Source: an uncultured Myxococcales bacterium (GTDB taxonomy: Bacteria; Myxococcota_A; Polyangia; JAAYKL01). Taken from it: a DNA stretch of 64,000 nucleotides. The stretch lies in the NCBI GenBank assembly GCA_964458775.1, contig CAYWLQ010000008.1:2895-66894 (forward strand), read 5' to 3'. Positions 10,901 to 20,266 of the stretch are shown in pieces. The translations under genes were made by a program, and so were the position numbers. Every line of letters begins with the position of its first letter. Position 1 is the first letter of the stretch. Below the pieces are notes generated by a model. The model ran no database searches. It saw only the letters and a list, made by a program, of their open reading frames with translations, and had not been told where the DNA came from.

Positions 10901-13161
10901 ATTAAGGCTTCTCGTTTAACAGAAAGATCACTACATAGTGCCGGCTTTGAAAGACACTGTTCGGCAGCAGTTAAATCACCTTGAGAAGACAGCACTCTTC
11001 CAAGCTCCAAAGCTAAGAGGAGATAGGTTTGTTCATTATGAGCAACTGCCTCCATCATTGCTGTCAGCAAATGCTGAGCTGCGTGTAATGCTCCGAGTCT
11101 GTAAAGGGATATTGCTACTGCTGTCCCGCGCTCTTCGATTTTTTTTTGGTCTTTGCATTTGGCTGCGTGATACAGCTGTTTTGCTTCATCGGATTCAAGT
11201 GAAAAAGCACGCCTGTGCATTTCTATAAGTCGATTCCAGTCAGCGGCAGCCAGAATTTCTTTGGCAAGAGGAAGAGTTGCTGCGCACCAGCGCGATGCCG
11301 AGCTTTTGAGCCTACCGCTTGCTGTTAAAGACGAAAGTGCGGAATCAACCGATATTGAATCTCTGCCCGAAACAATTGTGATCTCTTCAGCTGAAGCAGG
11401 CCGGTCAAGTACAGCAGCCGCTTCGAGTACGCATCTTTCGATTTCATTGAGGGTTAACAATCTTTCGCGCCAATATGTTTCCAGCTGTTTAGGCGGCCCC
11501 AGGCTTTCCAGTTTTGTCATACCTTCCGGGTTTTTAGAAATATCGTGGAGCAAGGTAGTTACAAAAAGCGGATTTCCTCCGGTATGGGCAAAAATTCGGG
11601 TTACCGCTTCCTGGTCGGCACTTCCAAGAAAACATTCTGTAATGTGGGATGTTTGTTCGAAAGATAAAAGCGGCATTACTAAAGTTTCGGCCGATCCCAA
11701 ATGTGTTTGCCATGAAAAAGATATCTCACACGAAGCTAACACAGCAAGAGGAACATCTCTTTCAACTGCCGCCGCCAAAACCCGCAATACGGCCAGAGTT
11801 TCAAATGATGCTTGTTCCAAACCGTCAATAATAAGCAAGAGCTTTGAACGTTTGGCAATGCCGATTAACAAATCTGAAGTTGATTTGGCTAATACATCCA
11901 GATGTGCATAATTTTTTTGGGGTTCACTAAGTGCTGATATTAACTGTTTTGTCCGCTGAATCGCCTCATCATCTTTTTCTAAAAAGAATACTGCCTGTTC
12001 GATTATATCTGCAAAGGGACGAAGAAGGCTGCCGCTACCGCCTGATTCGAGAACCGGTATATGTGCCAATTGAGCCCACCACTTGATACTGCGCAAAAGT
12101 GCGCTTTTCCCGGTTCCGGATTGACCTTCTACAACAACCAGAGGAGACAAATCCGATATTTGAAATCTTTTTTGCAAAGCTTCTTGCAGTTTAAAGAACT
12201 CACGATCACGACCTAATGACTCACTAAATACAGCACAGTCTGCAAAACGATCTTCATCGACAGCAGCGGTAAAAATTGATGTGAGAGCCGCTTCCGCTTC
12301 GACAGCCGTCGGAAATCGATGGTTAGGATTTCTTGATAATAATCTTCCTATAATACTTTGTAGGGCTTCTAGTGTTGAGGATTCCTCCTGTTTGACAATT
12401 AGGCGTTTTAATACCGGTAGACTCCGCTTTTCACCCAAATGTCCCTTAACAATTTCGGAAACCGACCCTTCAAAAGGAGGTGCTCCCGAAAGAATTTCAA
12501 ACAATGTAGCACCGAGGGAATATAGATCAGCTCTGGCATCGGCTCTTTTTTTTTCGATAACTTCAGGTGCCATATAGGGAACGGTTCCTCGCAGCTTGGC
12601 GTCTTCATTGTCTGATCTGACAAAAGAAAAATCTATTAGCTTTGCCACACCGTCCGAAGAACAAATAATGTTTCCCGGTTTAAGATCACCGTGAACCAAA
12701 CCTCGTCCGTGTAGGAGTTTTAGTGAACGGCATATTTCGACAAACAACCTTATCGCATCAGGAAGCCGCATATTTTGAGTTGCTGACATGAGGTCTTCAC
12801 CGGGAATATACTCCCTGGTAAAAAAAACTCTTCCGTCGAGAGACGCCCCAAAATCGTACACTTCAGAAAGCCTGGGATGTTTCAAACCTGCCAAGGCTTC
12901 AAATTCGTGTTTAAAAACCGAACGCCAGTTCTCGTCGGCTTTGGGTCTAAGAATCTTAAACACCAACATCTTGTTGTCCAGATAACGGTCCTGTACCAAA
13001 TGAACCGTTCCCTGTCCGCCCTCTCCCAGTCTTCTCAGATGCGTGTACCGAGTTTCCAGGCTTTGAAACAACTTCTCATCTGAAACGATCTCAAAATCTT
13101 TGTTTGGTGACTCATCGTGTGCCATAATGTGCACAGTGGCACAGCTGTAGTTTGGTGACAA
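7975..13161 (-). CDS. Giant multidomain signalling protein: Ser/Thr kinase - STAND/AAA NTPase - TPR array - GAF - sigma-54 AAA+ activator - Fis HTH
   Basis: 1728 aa. Kinase: LGEGGQGTV, VFKIL Lys, HGDLKPGNI catalytic loop (non-RD), DFS, APE. Walker A GQSGTGKS ~aa 345. Long TPR-like helical region. GAF-like segment. Second Walker A GESGVGKD, GAFSGA motif, C-terminal HTH (ILGIPRRTFYRKL). Confidence 0.85.
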   Translation of the reverse strand: MSPNYSCATVHIMAHDESPNKDFEIVSDEKLFQSLETRYTHLRRLGEGGQGTVHLVQDRYLDNKMLVFKILRPKADENWRSVFKHEFEALAGLKHPRLSEVYDFGASLDGRVFFTREYIPGEDLMSATQNMRLPDAIRLFVEICRSLKLLHGRGLVHGDLKPGNIICSSDGVAKLIDFSFVRSDNEDAKLRGTVPYMAPEVIEKKRADARADLYSLGATLFEILSGAPPFEGSVSEIVKGHLGEKRSLPVLKRLIVKQEESSTLEALQSIIGRLLSRNPNHRFPTAVEAEAALTSIFTAAVDEDRFADCAVFSESLGRDREFFKLQEALQKRFQISDLSPLVVVEGQSGTGKSALLRSIKWWAQLAHIPVLESGGSGSLLRPFADIIEQAVFFLEKDDEAIQRTKQLISALSEPQKNYAHLDVLAKSTSDLLIGIAKRSKLLLIIDGLEQASFETLAVLRVLAAAVERDVPLAVLASCEISFSWQTHLGSAETLVMPLLSFEQTSHITECFLGSADQEAVTRIFAHTGGNPLFVTTLLHDISKNPEGMTKLESLGPPKQLETYWRERLLTLNEIERCVLEAAAVLDRPASAEEITIVSGRDSISVDSALSSLTASGRLKSSASRWCAATLPLAKEILAAADWNRLIEMHRRAFSLESDEAKQLYHAAKCKDQKKIEERGTAVAISLYRLGALHAAQHLLTAMMEAVAHNEQTYLLLALELGRVLSSQGDLTAAEQCLSKPALCSDLSVKREALILLGRIYIDKESLHEAEKCLREALSLTVNPLDRARILYLLAKIAFQQHNTESCIALAEEGLKDAPNAHRVRADLLGMLAKSAVKEGRRDDALMFAKEAESDAALAGDMRAVALSIDILAWVYQKSGNLKEATLSLERAAALHFEFGDIPHLMRDKLVLGDLKLWQEEWSESLRHYEQAVRLSRSAVNPLMRINVRNNYGYALIKMGCFERAGLILEQAEAEARSLGYDEQRLWSQFHTAASASARGETEDALRFYAEARKGFISLSRYAIVCEIELETAGCLLRRGEKEDIIKARELIQLASSRNREEEGRMFEESLALHEGMLLIAEGQLDLGLKKLEALCENQTYQGAKDFAWQAHLALAKGLSVKGSVFLMRQHLREAENILESLCAGLSHEHRAAFWQDVRRSEVRTLFSEISSSNQFSSTELFDNPDKTSDTEAEALYRVLDLNKQLLSESNLNRLLEMILSSAIELTGAERGMILLPAEGSESTVLEIRAVSDGKAFGCEYADTGAPENRFSCSIAESVFLDNEPVVTVDAMQDSRFNEFMSIHELKLKSVACLPVSYRGSPLGVLYLENRLRRGRFDKRDLRVLSAFANQVAIALSQNRLINELRQRADELQTARKTLQEAYEKRLEELNQRDLNLKTARERLERLRRQIEGEGDYHGVFGTSPEMRKVFTTVERVKDLNVPVIFSGESGVGKDLLARVLHEQSNLKDKPFVTVSCGSMPDTLVESMLFGHEKGAFSGADTERQGLLSAADGGTLYLDEIGDMSPRMQTVMLRVLQDGTFSPVGSQRNLRVNVRIIASTRIPLDKLANEGGLRKDLLYRLQVVTIELPPLRKRKEDILPLAGRIVEREAVRFASIPRSFSKDAAAMLLKHNWPGNVRELEQSIRRALAIGDDSKAIRADEIFISSSEVPKPNSKPTTSKSVSEEDSKILSVLESVKWNRSKAAEILGIPRRTFYRKLDSLGVIKKRNR

Positions 13162-13384
13162 GATGTTTAGGGCAATAACGAGAAAAAAGCGTTATGCCCT
13201 TTGAAAAAGAAACATGAGATTTTATCCGGTTTCCTTAGATAAAAACTATTTAGTATCCATCTCAAAAGGCCCCTTTTTGAAGGGTCGGGAGTGCCGGTTG
13301 ACGAGCGAGTATGTATGATTTTAAGATGTTACGCAGTGAGGATGCCGATGCCCCCGACCTGAAAGACTACTTCTTAGATGGATA

Positions 13385-14644
13385 CTATTTAAATTTGCCT
13401 TCGAAATTTTGAAATTTGACAGCGGCTTCATCGAGAAGTTTTTTCCCTATTCTGTCGGGACGGTCCAAGACGGTAGGAGTTATAACAATAAGGCTTTCTG
13501 TTTGTTCTTCGACATGGCGGCGTGTTCCGAAAAGCAATCCCAATATGGGTATTTTGGAGAGATACGGAAAGCCCTCTTTGGTAACGCCTTTTGATTCGGA
13601 GTTAAGCCCTGATAACATTATGGATTGCCCGATTCCGAGATGAACCAAAGTATCCACACGAGACATGGTTCTGCCCGGAACATTTTGAGTGGTTTCGGAC
13701 AGGTCTGAAACTTCAGCGATTACCTCCAAATCGAGGGTTTTATCGTCGTCAGAAAGTCTTGGAGTAACTATCAGCCTGGCACCGTAGGGAATAGTCCTCA
13801 ATTCCGCAGCTTGTGAACCGGCAACGGCTACATTTACTTCGCCTCCTGCTTCATAGGTAGATTTTCGTCCGTTTACAGTTATAAGAGCAGCCTTTTTATG
13901 AATCTTTATCCATCCGTATTGAGCGGCTACTTCTAGAGAAGGCATTGCTTGGTCCATCAGTTGATAAGCTGCGCTCAAAGTACCGGTCAGCAAGTCAATA
14001 CTACCGGAAAGCACACCCGAACCGCCGTAACTCGACGGCCAAGATATTCCGAAGCGATCATTGTCGCGTTTTTTAAGTTCGACAAAAGTCAAATCAAGCC
14101 GAATGTTGGTGCGAGGCTGAACAACATCCGGATCAATATAAATCAGAGATATTGCTTGACCGTTGTAACCCTTAACGGCTTGTTCCACACGTTTCTTCTC
14201 ACTGTCCGTGCGAACCTCTCCGTCAACAAATACACGGGCTCCCACCTTTTTGAAGGTTAAGGTTTTATCCTGTGCAAAAAGCTCTTTAAGCTCTTTTTCG
14301 ACCGTTTCAGGCATTCTAGCAAATACAGTTATAAAAACAGTCTTCCTGCTTCCTTGTTTATCAAAAAGCATTAAAGAAGTAGTTCCTGATCTAATTGCAG
14401 TAATGATCATCTTCTTGCCGTCTCGCGGAACTTTAATTTCAATAACGCCCTTGGTACTCTCCGAGAAACTGTCAATACTTTCGGCGTCAAACATATATTG
14501 TTCGCCAATCGTCATAGCCAAATCATCGGCATTATCAGATGCCGTTGATGTGCGAACCGAAAATTCCTGAGCCCTAAGCAGTTTGGCGGCAGACAGCACA
14601 ATAACTGCGAACATTATCACAACAATTATGATATGAGATTTCAT
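13385..14644 (-). CDS. Secretin-family outer-membrane protein, CpaC/RcpA-like (Tad/Flp-pilus type), orphan
   Basis: Signal peptide; C-terminal secretin motif (GQSIMLSGL...FPYLSKIPILGLLFG...ESLIVITPTVL); 419 aa matches CpaC-size secretins; no other tad/T2SS genes in window. Confidence 0.7.
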   Translation of the reverse strand: MKSHIIIVVIMFAVIVLSAAKLLRAQEFSVRTSTASDNADDLAMTIGEQYMFDAESIDSFSESTKGVIEIKVPRDGKKMIITAIRSGTTSLMLFDKQGSRKTVFITVFARMPETVEKELKELFAQDKTLTFKKVGARVFVDGEVRTDSEKKRVEQAVKGYNGQAISLIYIDPDVVQPRTNIRLDLTFVELKKRDNDRFGISWPSSYGGSGVLSGSIDLLTGTLSAAYQLMDQAMPSLEVAAQYGWIKIHKKAALITVNGRKSTYEAGGEVNVAVAGSQAAELRTIPYGARLIVTPRLSDDDKTLDLEVIAEVSDLSETTQNVPGRTMSRVDTLVHLGIGQSIMLSGLNSESKGVTKEGFPYLSKIPILGLLFGTRRHVEEQTESLIVITPTVLDRPDRIGKKLLDEAAVKFQNFEGKFK

Positions 14645-14758
14645 TTCAAATCTCCCTTCAAGAGCTACCTTCGTAAAAACGAAAAAAAAGTTTCCGATTT
14701 AACCGGTCTTTTTTTGAGAAAGGTGATTTTTTTTGAAAAATTTTTTAAAAAAGGTTTG

Positions 14759-14800
14759 TTGCGGAAAAAATTAAAACGCAACCTGCACGGCAGATTGCTA
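14759..14800 (-). terminator. Candidate weak intrinsic terminator downstream of split transketolase
   Basis: 6-bp stem GTTGCG/CGCAAC (13-nt AT loop) followed on the minus strand by AAACCTTTTTT; ~50 nt after tkt C-subunit stop. Confidence 0.25.
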
Positions 14801-14836
14801 GTGTTTTATCATCGGATGTAGGGGAATTAATGTTGT

Positions 14837-15850
14837 TTACAAAGCTTCGGGTTTGGCTTCGGAATGGACTGATTCGATTCTTACCTTTGACAGGTCATCG
14901 TCCGTATATTCTATTTTTATTCCGGCAAGGTCTGATGCCGCTGTGATTACTGCTGCTGCGTCAAATCCGTGATATTTCATCAGGTATTGTTTTGAGGCTC
15001 CGTGGCTGAAGGTATCTTTTAATCCTAGTCTTACAAGTTTTTTTGATATGCCGAAATCAGCCATTTTCTCAGCTATTATTGACCCCAGCCCTCCTATGAT
15101 GCTGTGGTTTTCTACTGTTATAACTCCTAGTCGCGGCGTTCTTAGCAAATCATATATCACAGGATTGCTAAAAGGTTTATGAGTAGATATGTGCGTGTGA
15201 CATACCGACAGACCCGCTTTCTCTAGTACGGATACGGCCCTTATCGCTTCTTCAGTGCAGATTCCTGATGAAAACAGCGTAATGTCTTTTCCCTCGGAAA
15301 GTATTCTCGGTTCGTCAAGTTTTATCGGCCGGTCCGAGGGAAAGAGTCTGGGAATTTCTCCTCTAAGTGCTCTCACGTAGACAGGGCCCGGTATGTCAAA
15401 TACCAAATCTATGGTACTCGCCGCCTCTGTCGCATCACCGACTTCGAGGACAGTCATGTTGGGAAGCGCCCTCATTACCGCTATATCCTCTATTGCCTGG
15501 TGCGTTGCTCCGCCCGGCGTCATTATTCCAGGGAGAAATCCGAACATCTTTACGGGCACATTAGGATAGGCAACAGACATGGCGACCTGGTCATATGCTC
15601 TTCTGTAAATGAATACAGCAAAAGTATGGATGAGGGGTATTATATCCTCCCGCGCTAAGCCTCCTGCCAAAGAAACCATATTCTGCTCTGCTATTCCGCA
15701 TGTATAGAGTCTATCGGGAAATGCTTCTTTAAAATGTGTTGCCTCGCATGAGTTTGTCAGGTCAGCGGTTAACACCACAAATTTACTGTTTATGCTGCCG
15801 TATTCTGCTAACCTTTTTGAGTGTACTTGGGAAAAAATTTCCATCAACAA
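14837..15850 (-). CDS. tkt: Transketolase, C-terminal (pyrimidine-binding/C-domain) subunit of split enzyme
   Basis: 337 aa with transketolase Pyr and C-terminal domain similarity; overlaps upstream N-subunit gene by 7 nt. Confidence 0.85.
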   Translation of the reverse strand: MLMEIFSQVHSKRLAEYGSINSKFVVLTADLTNSCEATHFKEAFPDRLYTCGIAEQNMVSLAGGLAREDIIPLIHTFAVFIYRRAYDQVAMSVAYPNVPVKMFGFLPGIMTPGGATHQAIEDIAVMRALPNMTVLEVGDATEAASTIDLVFDIPGPVYVRALRGEIPRLFPSDRPIKLDEPRILSEGKDITLFSSGICTEEAIRAVSVLEKAGLSVCHTHISTHKPFSNPVIYDLLRTPRLGVITVENHSIIGGLGSIIAEKMADFGISKKLVRLGLKDTFSHGASKQYLMKYHGFDAAAVITAASDLAGIKIEYTDDDLSKVRIESVHSEAKPEAL

Positions 15851-16758
15851 CTCTCCTTATTTAGCAAGTCCAGCATTTTTGCGTATCTGTTCCTTTCGTC
15901 TTCGTTTCCTAACCTTAAATAGTGCAGTTTCCCCATTTTTTCTTTAAGTTCAGGAACTCCCCTCATCGGATCCGTATTGCACAGCACCGCTAAAGGTTTG
16001 TCCTTGTGTGGTGTAGCGGCCGCCTCAAATAAGCTATTGGGATCGTGCCCGTCAGCAACAACTACTTCAGCTCCGAAATCTTTTAGTTTGTTCGCCAGCG
16101 GCCCCAATTCCATCACGGAGTTAACCATGCCGTCGCACTGTTGTCCGTTAACGTCAACGTATATTCCTACGGTATCCATTTTGTAATGGCTCATAAACTG
16201 AAACGCTTCCCAGACCATTCCGATTTGAAACTCGCCGTCCGACATAAAGACCCAGGTTTTTCCAGTCTCTTTGTTGATTCTTCTGCCTAAAGCCATACCG
16301 ATACCTTGGCTTAAGCCCTGCCCCAAAGATCCCGTCATTACTTCCATACCGGGCGAATGCTCAGCTCCGATCTGTTCCAATGTGTAGCCGTCAATATTGT
16401 AGTAGTCCATGGAGTCGGAAGACAGTCTGCCGGTCTGAATAAGAGCTGCGTATAGAACCAACGAATAATGAGTAGGCGACAGTATGAATCTGTCCAGATA
16501 GCTTTTGTGATCGCCGTTAAAAAGATATCCCGGTTTATAGTCTTTGTTATCCGCCGAAGGAACGCCAAGAAATTTACCGGCAGATATGGGCTTACTGACC
16601 TGCTCAAGATTCATTATGCCCCCGTACAGACAAGCAAAAATCTCAGCCGATGAACAGGCCTGGCTTAGGTAGCCTCCTCCATTTTTCAACACCTTTTCGA
16701 GAACACTTACTCTGATACCGTGAGCAATATCTTTTGCCTTTGATATTTTGTCTTCCAT
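15844..16758 (-). CDS. tkt: Transketolase, N-terminal thiamine-diphosphate-binding subunit of split enzyme
   Basis: 304 aa; TPP-binding GDG...motif region (FMSDGEFQIG), HxxxH-like active-site region; immediately precedes C-subunit. Confidence 0.85.
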   Translation of the reverse strand: MEDKISKAKDIAHGIRVSVLEKVLKNGGGYLSQACSSAEIFACLYGGIMNLEQVSKPISAGKFLGVPSADNKDYKPGYLFNGDHKSYLDRFILSPTHYSLVLYAALIQTGRLSSDSMDYYNIDGYTLEQIGAEHSPGMEVMTGSLGQGLSQGIGMALGRRINKETGKTWVFMSDGEFQIGMVWEAFQFMSHYKMDTVGIYVDVNGQQCDGMVNSVMELGPLANKLKDFGAEVVVADGHDPNSLFEAAATPHKDKPLAVLCNTDPMRGVPELKEKMGKLHYLRLGNEDERNRYAKMLDLLNKESC

Positions 16759-16861
16759 TGAGCCTCCATCGACCGAGTTGAAAGCAATTTATTTCTGCAA
16801 TACTTTCATCACGTCATCAAGAGATATCTCAATTTCTTTAATATGCTCTATATTGTGGTTT

Positions 16862-18406
16862 TTAAGGACCTCCAGGTATCGGCCATCCGTCTTCATCAAA
16901 GGGCATTTCTGTTATTCTAAGCACCGAGGCGCCGTTGCTCTGTCTGTATGCGTGATAAAAGTGATAAATTTTTTCATCTACTATAATGACCTCACTGTGG
17001 CCGGCTGCTGCATAGTTTACTCCGTCTCCTTGAACCATGAGAGTTCCTCCTCCGTTGAGCATCGGAGTTCCGCTTTTGTCATGATACGGACCCAATATAT
17101 TTTCGGAGCGACCTACCCTGACATTGTAGGTGCTGTTTGCACCTTGACAGCAGGTGCCCCACGAAACAAAGAGATAGTAATAACCGCATCGACGAAACAA
17201 CACAGGAGCCTCAATAGATGAGTTCCAGGCTAGACGAGTTAACTCATTCCCTACCCGATTTCCGTCTTGATCTAGCTCAAACGCCATTATTCCATCCCAA
17301 AAGCTGCCGAAAGCCAACCACGGAGTCCCGTCCTCATCGAGTTCCGCATCCGCATCTATTGCGTTGTATCGTTCATTACCCTGTGTGCAAATTACCGGTC
17401 CGTGATCTGTCCATGGGCCTGTTATGTATTCGGCCGTTAGATGTGTTATACACGAAATATTGTCTCCAAAAACTGCAGAAAAAGAAGAGTAAATATGATA
17501 TTTGCCGCCGAAAAAGATAATGTCCGGAGCCCACGGAAAATTAAACTCCTGTCCCTGAATACCGGCTAACCATTCGGTTGACCATGAGGGGTATCTGTTG
17601 CCGTAGATATTGCCTGCATTGGTCCAGTTTAACAGGTTGGTAGAACGTGCCATGGGAATATAGTTTCCCGTCCAAAGAACATAGAACGTATCTCCTTCTT
17701 GTATCATAGAGGGATCGTGAACTCCGAAATTGGCAACATTGAGAGGCTGAGGAGCTGTACCTTGATAAATGCCGATCTCGCAACGGTCATCCGCATCAGT
17801 GTCTGAGTCACTGTCAGTATCAGTATCTGTATCTGTATCTGCGTCAGCGTCGGTATCTGCATCGGTATCAGCGTCGGTATCTGCATCGGTATCTGCATCG
17901 GTATCCGCGTCGGTGTCTGCGTCGGTATCTGCATCGGTATCTGCATCGGTATCTGCATCGGTATCTGCATCGGTATCAGTGTCGGTATCAATGTCAGTAT
18001 CGGAATCTGTATCTGTATCGGTATCTGCGTCAGTGTCCGAATCCGCATCATTATCCGAGTCTGAGTCAGCATCGGCATCAGCATCGGCATCAGCATCGGC
18101 ATCAGTATCGGCATCAGCATCAGCGTCTGCATCGGTGTCAGCGTCAGTATCTGTGTCAGCATCTGAATCTGAATCTGCGTCCGTATCTGCGTCCGTATCT
18201 GCGTCCGTATCTGTGTCAGCATCATTATCCGAATCCGAGTCAGCATCAGCATCAGAGTCAGCGTCAGCGTCACTGTCCGCATCACTTTGACCGTTAGAGC
18301 TATCTGTGTCTATAAATTCATCTTGATTATTCTTGTCGGAAGAGCAAGCGGCAACAAGCACAAAAAAACATACAGGCATAGGCAATTTCATTATCGACTC
18401 CTTCAT
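16862..18406 (-). CDS. Lipoprotein glycoside hydrolase family 43 (arabinanase-like) with ~170-aa Asp-Thr/Asp-Ala/Asp-Ser repeat stalk
   Basis: Signal + lipobox (LVAACS); pure D-X dipeptide run; catalytic domain starts [16 protein letters not shown] (GH43 N-terminal Asp motif), 5-bladed propeller-like remainder. Confidence 0.7.
   Translation of the reverse strand: MKESIMKLPMPVCFFVLVAACSSDKNNQDEFIDTDSSNGQSDADSDADADSDADADSDSDNDADTDTDADTDADTDADSDSDADTDTDADTDADADADADTDADADADADADADSDSDNDADSDTDADTDTDTDSDTDIDTDTDTDADTDADTDADTDADTDADTDADTDADTDADTDADTDADTDADADTDTDTDTDSDSDTDADDRCEIGIYQGTAPQPLNVANFGVHDPSMIQEGDTFYVLWTGNYIPMARSTNLLNWTNAGNIYGNRYPSWSTEWLAGIQGQEFNFPWAPDIIFFGGKYHIYSSFSAVFGDNISCITHLTAEYITGPWTDHGPVICTQGNERYNAIDADAELDEDGTPWLAFGSFWDGIMAFELDQDGNRVGNELTRLAWNSSIEAPVLFRRCGYYYLFVSWGTCCQGANSTYNVRVGRSENILGPYHDKSGTPMLNGGGTLMVQGDGVNYAAAGHSEVIIVDEKIYHFYHAYRQSNGASVLRITEMPFDEDGWPIPGGP
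17790..18295. repeat. Tandem 6/12-bp DNA repeats (GATACC/GATGC-type) encoding D-T/D-A/D-S stalk
   Basis: Visible as gtcggtatctgcatcggtatc... iterations; generates spurious ORFs in all other frames. Confidence 0.85.
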
Positions 18407-18494
18407 TTCTTAGAGAAAATACTCTCTACCGGTAGTTTGGGTTGAAGTTAACTAATCCGTCATAGAAAAACATAAAAATAAAAAAAAATACTGA

Positions 18495-20057
18495 CTACTC
18501 GCCGGATGGCGATTCTATATCTGTAGAAAGAGCCATAGGAATGCCGAAATTAGGTGTGCCGTCTTCGTTCCACATTATTTTTTGTATGCGAGTGGTTCGA
18601 TCTGTCCAACAGCTTCCTCTGGGATTAGTTGTGGCATGATAGGCTATCCAGTGTTCAGTTCCGTCCGGCGACATAAAAAATCCGTTATGACCTGTGCCGT
18701 AAGCACCGTTTGCCTGGGAAAACACCGGTGTGGGGTGCTTGGTCCAAGAGGATGACATTGCAGGATTAAAACCGGTAAGCTCCAACATGCCCAGTTTATA
18801 TCCGGGATCGGCACACTGGCTTGCAGAGTAGATAACAAAAATGCGACCGTTTCTATAAAGAGGTTCGGGTCCTTCGTTAACCGAGTCGCTTCCCTCCATT
18901 TCCCATGGATATTCAGGCATTGAAAGAAGTGTTCCCGCTTGAGGATTTTTATTAGTCGTCGCGGTAGGCCCGGACATGGGAACAAGCCATATACGCTGTG
19001 TAGCTCCTGACCAAGCCGAATACATAAAATAGCGATTGCCTTCTACTTCCAACACACTTCCGTCAATAGCCCAGCCATTCATCATGGTTCCGACATAGGT
19101 ATAAGTTCCCATCGGACCGTCCGGATCGTCTTCCGAAGCTCCGCTCAACACATGTGTTTGCTGGGTACCGAGATCCTTTCCGTCTCCGGCAGTGTAGTAC
19201 ATATACCAGCGACCGTCCAGAAGATGAAATTCCGGTGCCCACATGTTGCAGCATCGAGAAGGTGTACTGTCAGACCAAATAATATCAGGACGTGCATCTT
19301 TGAGTTCTTGAATTGTTCGTCCCTTTTTCATGGTAAGAGTCGTGCCCCAGGTTGTCGCAGCCAAATAGTAATACCCCTTATAATAAAGCATCCAAGGATC
19401 AGATCCGTGTGATGCATTTAGAGGGTTGTTAAAGTAAGAGGGAGGCTTGGTTTCTGAATCAGTTTCAATATCAGAGTCAGTGTCGCTGTTTGTATCTGAA
19501 TCGCCGGCCGTGTCGGTATCCGTGTCTGTGTCGGTATCCGTGTCTGTGTCGGTATCTGTGTCCGTATCCGTGTCGGTATCCGTGTCGGTATCCGTATCTG
19601 TGTCCGTATCGGTATCTGTGTCCGTATCGGTATCTGTGTCCGTATCGGTATCCGTGTCGGTATCCGTATCCGTATCGGTGTCAATGTCCGTATCTGTATC
19701 GGAATCCGAGTCGCTATCTGCATCTGAGTCACTATCTGCATCCGAATCGCTGTCTGAATCTGTATCAGCATCACTATCTGAATCCGAATCTGTATCCGTA
19801 TCTGAATCTGAGTCCGTATCACTGTCTGCATCCGTGTCACTATCGGAATCCAAGTCGCTATCTGCATCTGCATCTGCATCAGTATCAGTATCAGTACTGC
19901 TAAAACCGCTGTCCGTATCATGGTTCATTTCATTGTCGACATTGTCAGAAGCACAAGAAGAGACAAAGACAACCATAACAGTGCAAAAACAAAACTCTTT
20001 AAAAAGCACACGAGAAACTGAAGTTTTCTTCAATACCAATTCTTCAGAAAAAAACAT
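18495..20057 (-). CDS. Secreted GH43-family glycoside hydrolase with ~150-aa Asp-Thr/Asp-Ser repeat stalk
   Basis: Signal peptide; DTDTDT... run (>40 consecutive DT); catalytic region begins [21 protein letters not shown], beta-propeller-like; second paralogous architecture to 16862-18406. Confidence 0.6.
   Translation of the reverse strand: MFFSEELVLKKTSVSRVLFKEFCFCTVMVVFVSSCASDNVDNEMNHDTDSGFSSTDTDTDADADADSDLDSDSDTDADSDTDSDSDTDTDSDSDSDADTDSDSDSDADSDSDADSDSDSDTDTDIDTDTDTDTDTDTDTDTDTDTDTDTDTDTDTDTDTDTDTDTDTDTDTDTDTDTDTDTDTAGDSDTNSDTDSDIETDSETKPPSYFNNPLNASHGSDPWMLYYKGYYYLAATTWGTTLTMKKGRTIQELKDARPDIIWSDSTPSRCCNMWAPEFHLLDGRWYMYYTAGDGKDLGTQQTHVLSGASEDDPDGPMGTYTYVGTMMNGWAIDGSVLEVEGNRYFMYSAWSGATQRIWLVPMSGPTATTNKNPQAGTLLSMPEYPWEMEGSDSVNEGPEPLYRNGRIFVIYSASQCADPGYKLGMLELTGFNPAMSSSWTKHPTPVFSQANGAYGTGHNGFFMSPDGTEHWIAYHATTNPRGSCWTDRTTRIQKIMWNEDGTPNFGIPMALSTDIESPSGE
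19455..19905. repeat. Tandem 6-bp DNA repeats (GTATCC/GACAC-type) encoding D-T/D-S stalk
   Basis: gtgtcggtatccgtgtctgtgtcggtatc... iterations. Confidence 0.85.
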
Positions 20058-20266
20058 ATAAAATCTCCTTTAAATAATTTCAGCGAAATATGACGGTCAC
20101 AGTATTTCGAAAAAGAACCGCTTCAGTTGTTATTGGGATTAAACCTTAAAATTGTGTTTAAAAAAAAATTATGTGCTTGTACAACCACCCCCCCAAACGG
20201 ATCATGCTGATATAACTGATAATTGGGACCTTGAGACGATTGGCTTATTGAGGTTTTCTTAAGATA

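Noticed and set aside
8060-12985. Numerous 60-216-aa ORFs on the plus strand inside 7975-13161, and similar antisense ORFs inside topA, infB, the HK and the paralog genes
   Set aside because: Fully contained in long, well-supported CDSs on the opposite strand. No motifs. Typical shadow ORFs.
13130-13150. TGGCAC...sigma-54 -24-like element
   Set aside because: Lies on the wrong strand and inside the N-terminal coding region of the giant gene. The -12 TTGC element is not matched.
17704-18290. ORFs 17704-18285(-), 17769-18290(+), 19418-19921(-), 19447-20061(+), 19490-19903(+) with [10 protein letters not shown] / SVSASVSAS / YPCRYPC low-complexity translations
   Set aside because: Alternative-frame and antisense readings of the D-X dipeptide DNA repeats inside the GH43 genes. 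Frame-shifted artefacts of a 6/12-bp tandem repeat, not genes.
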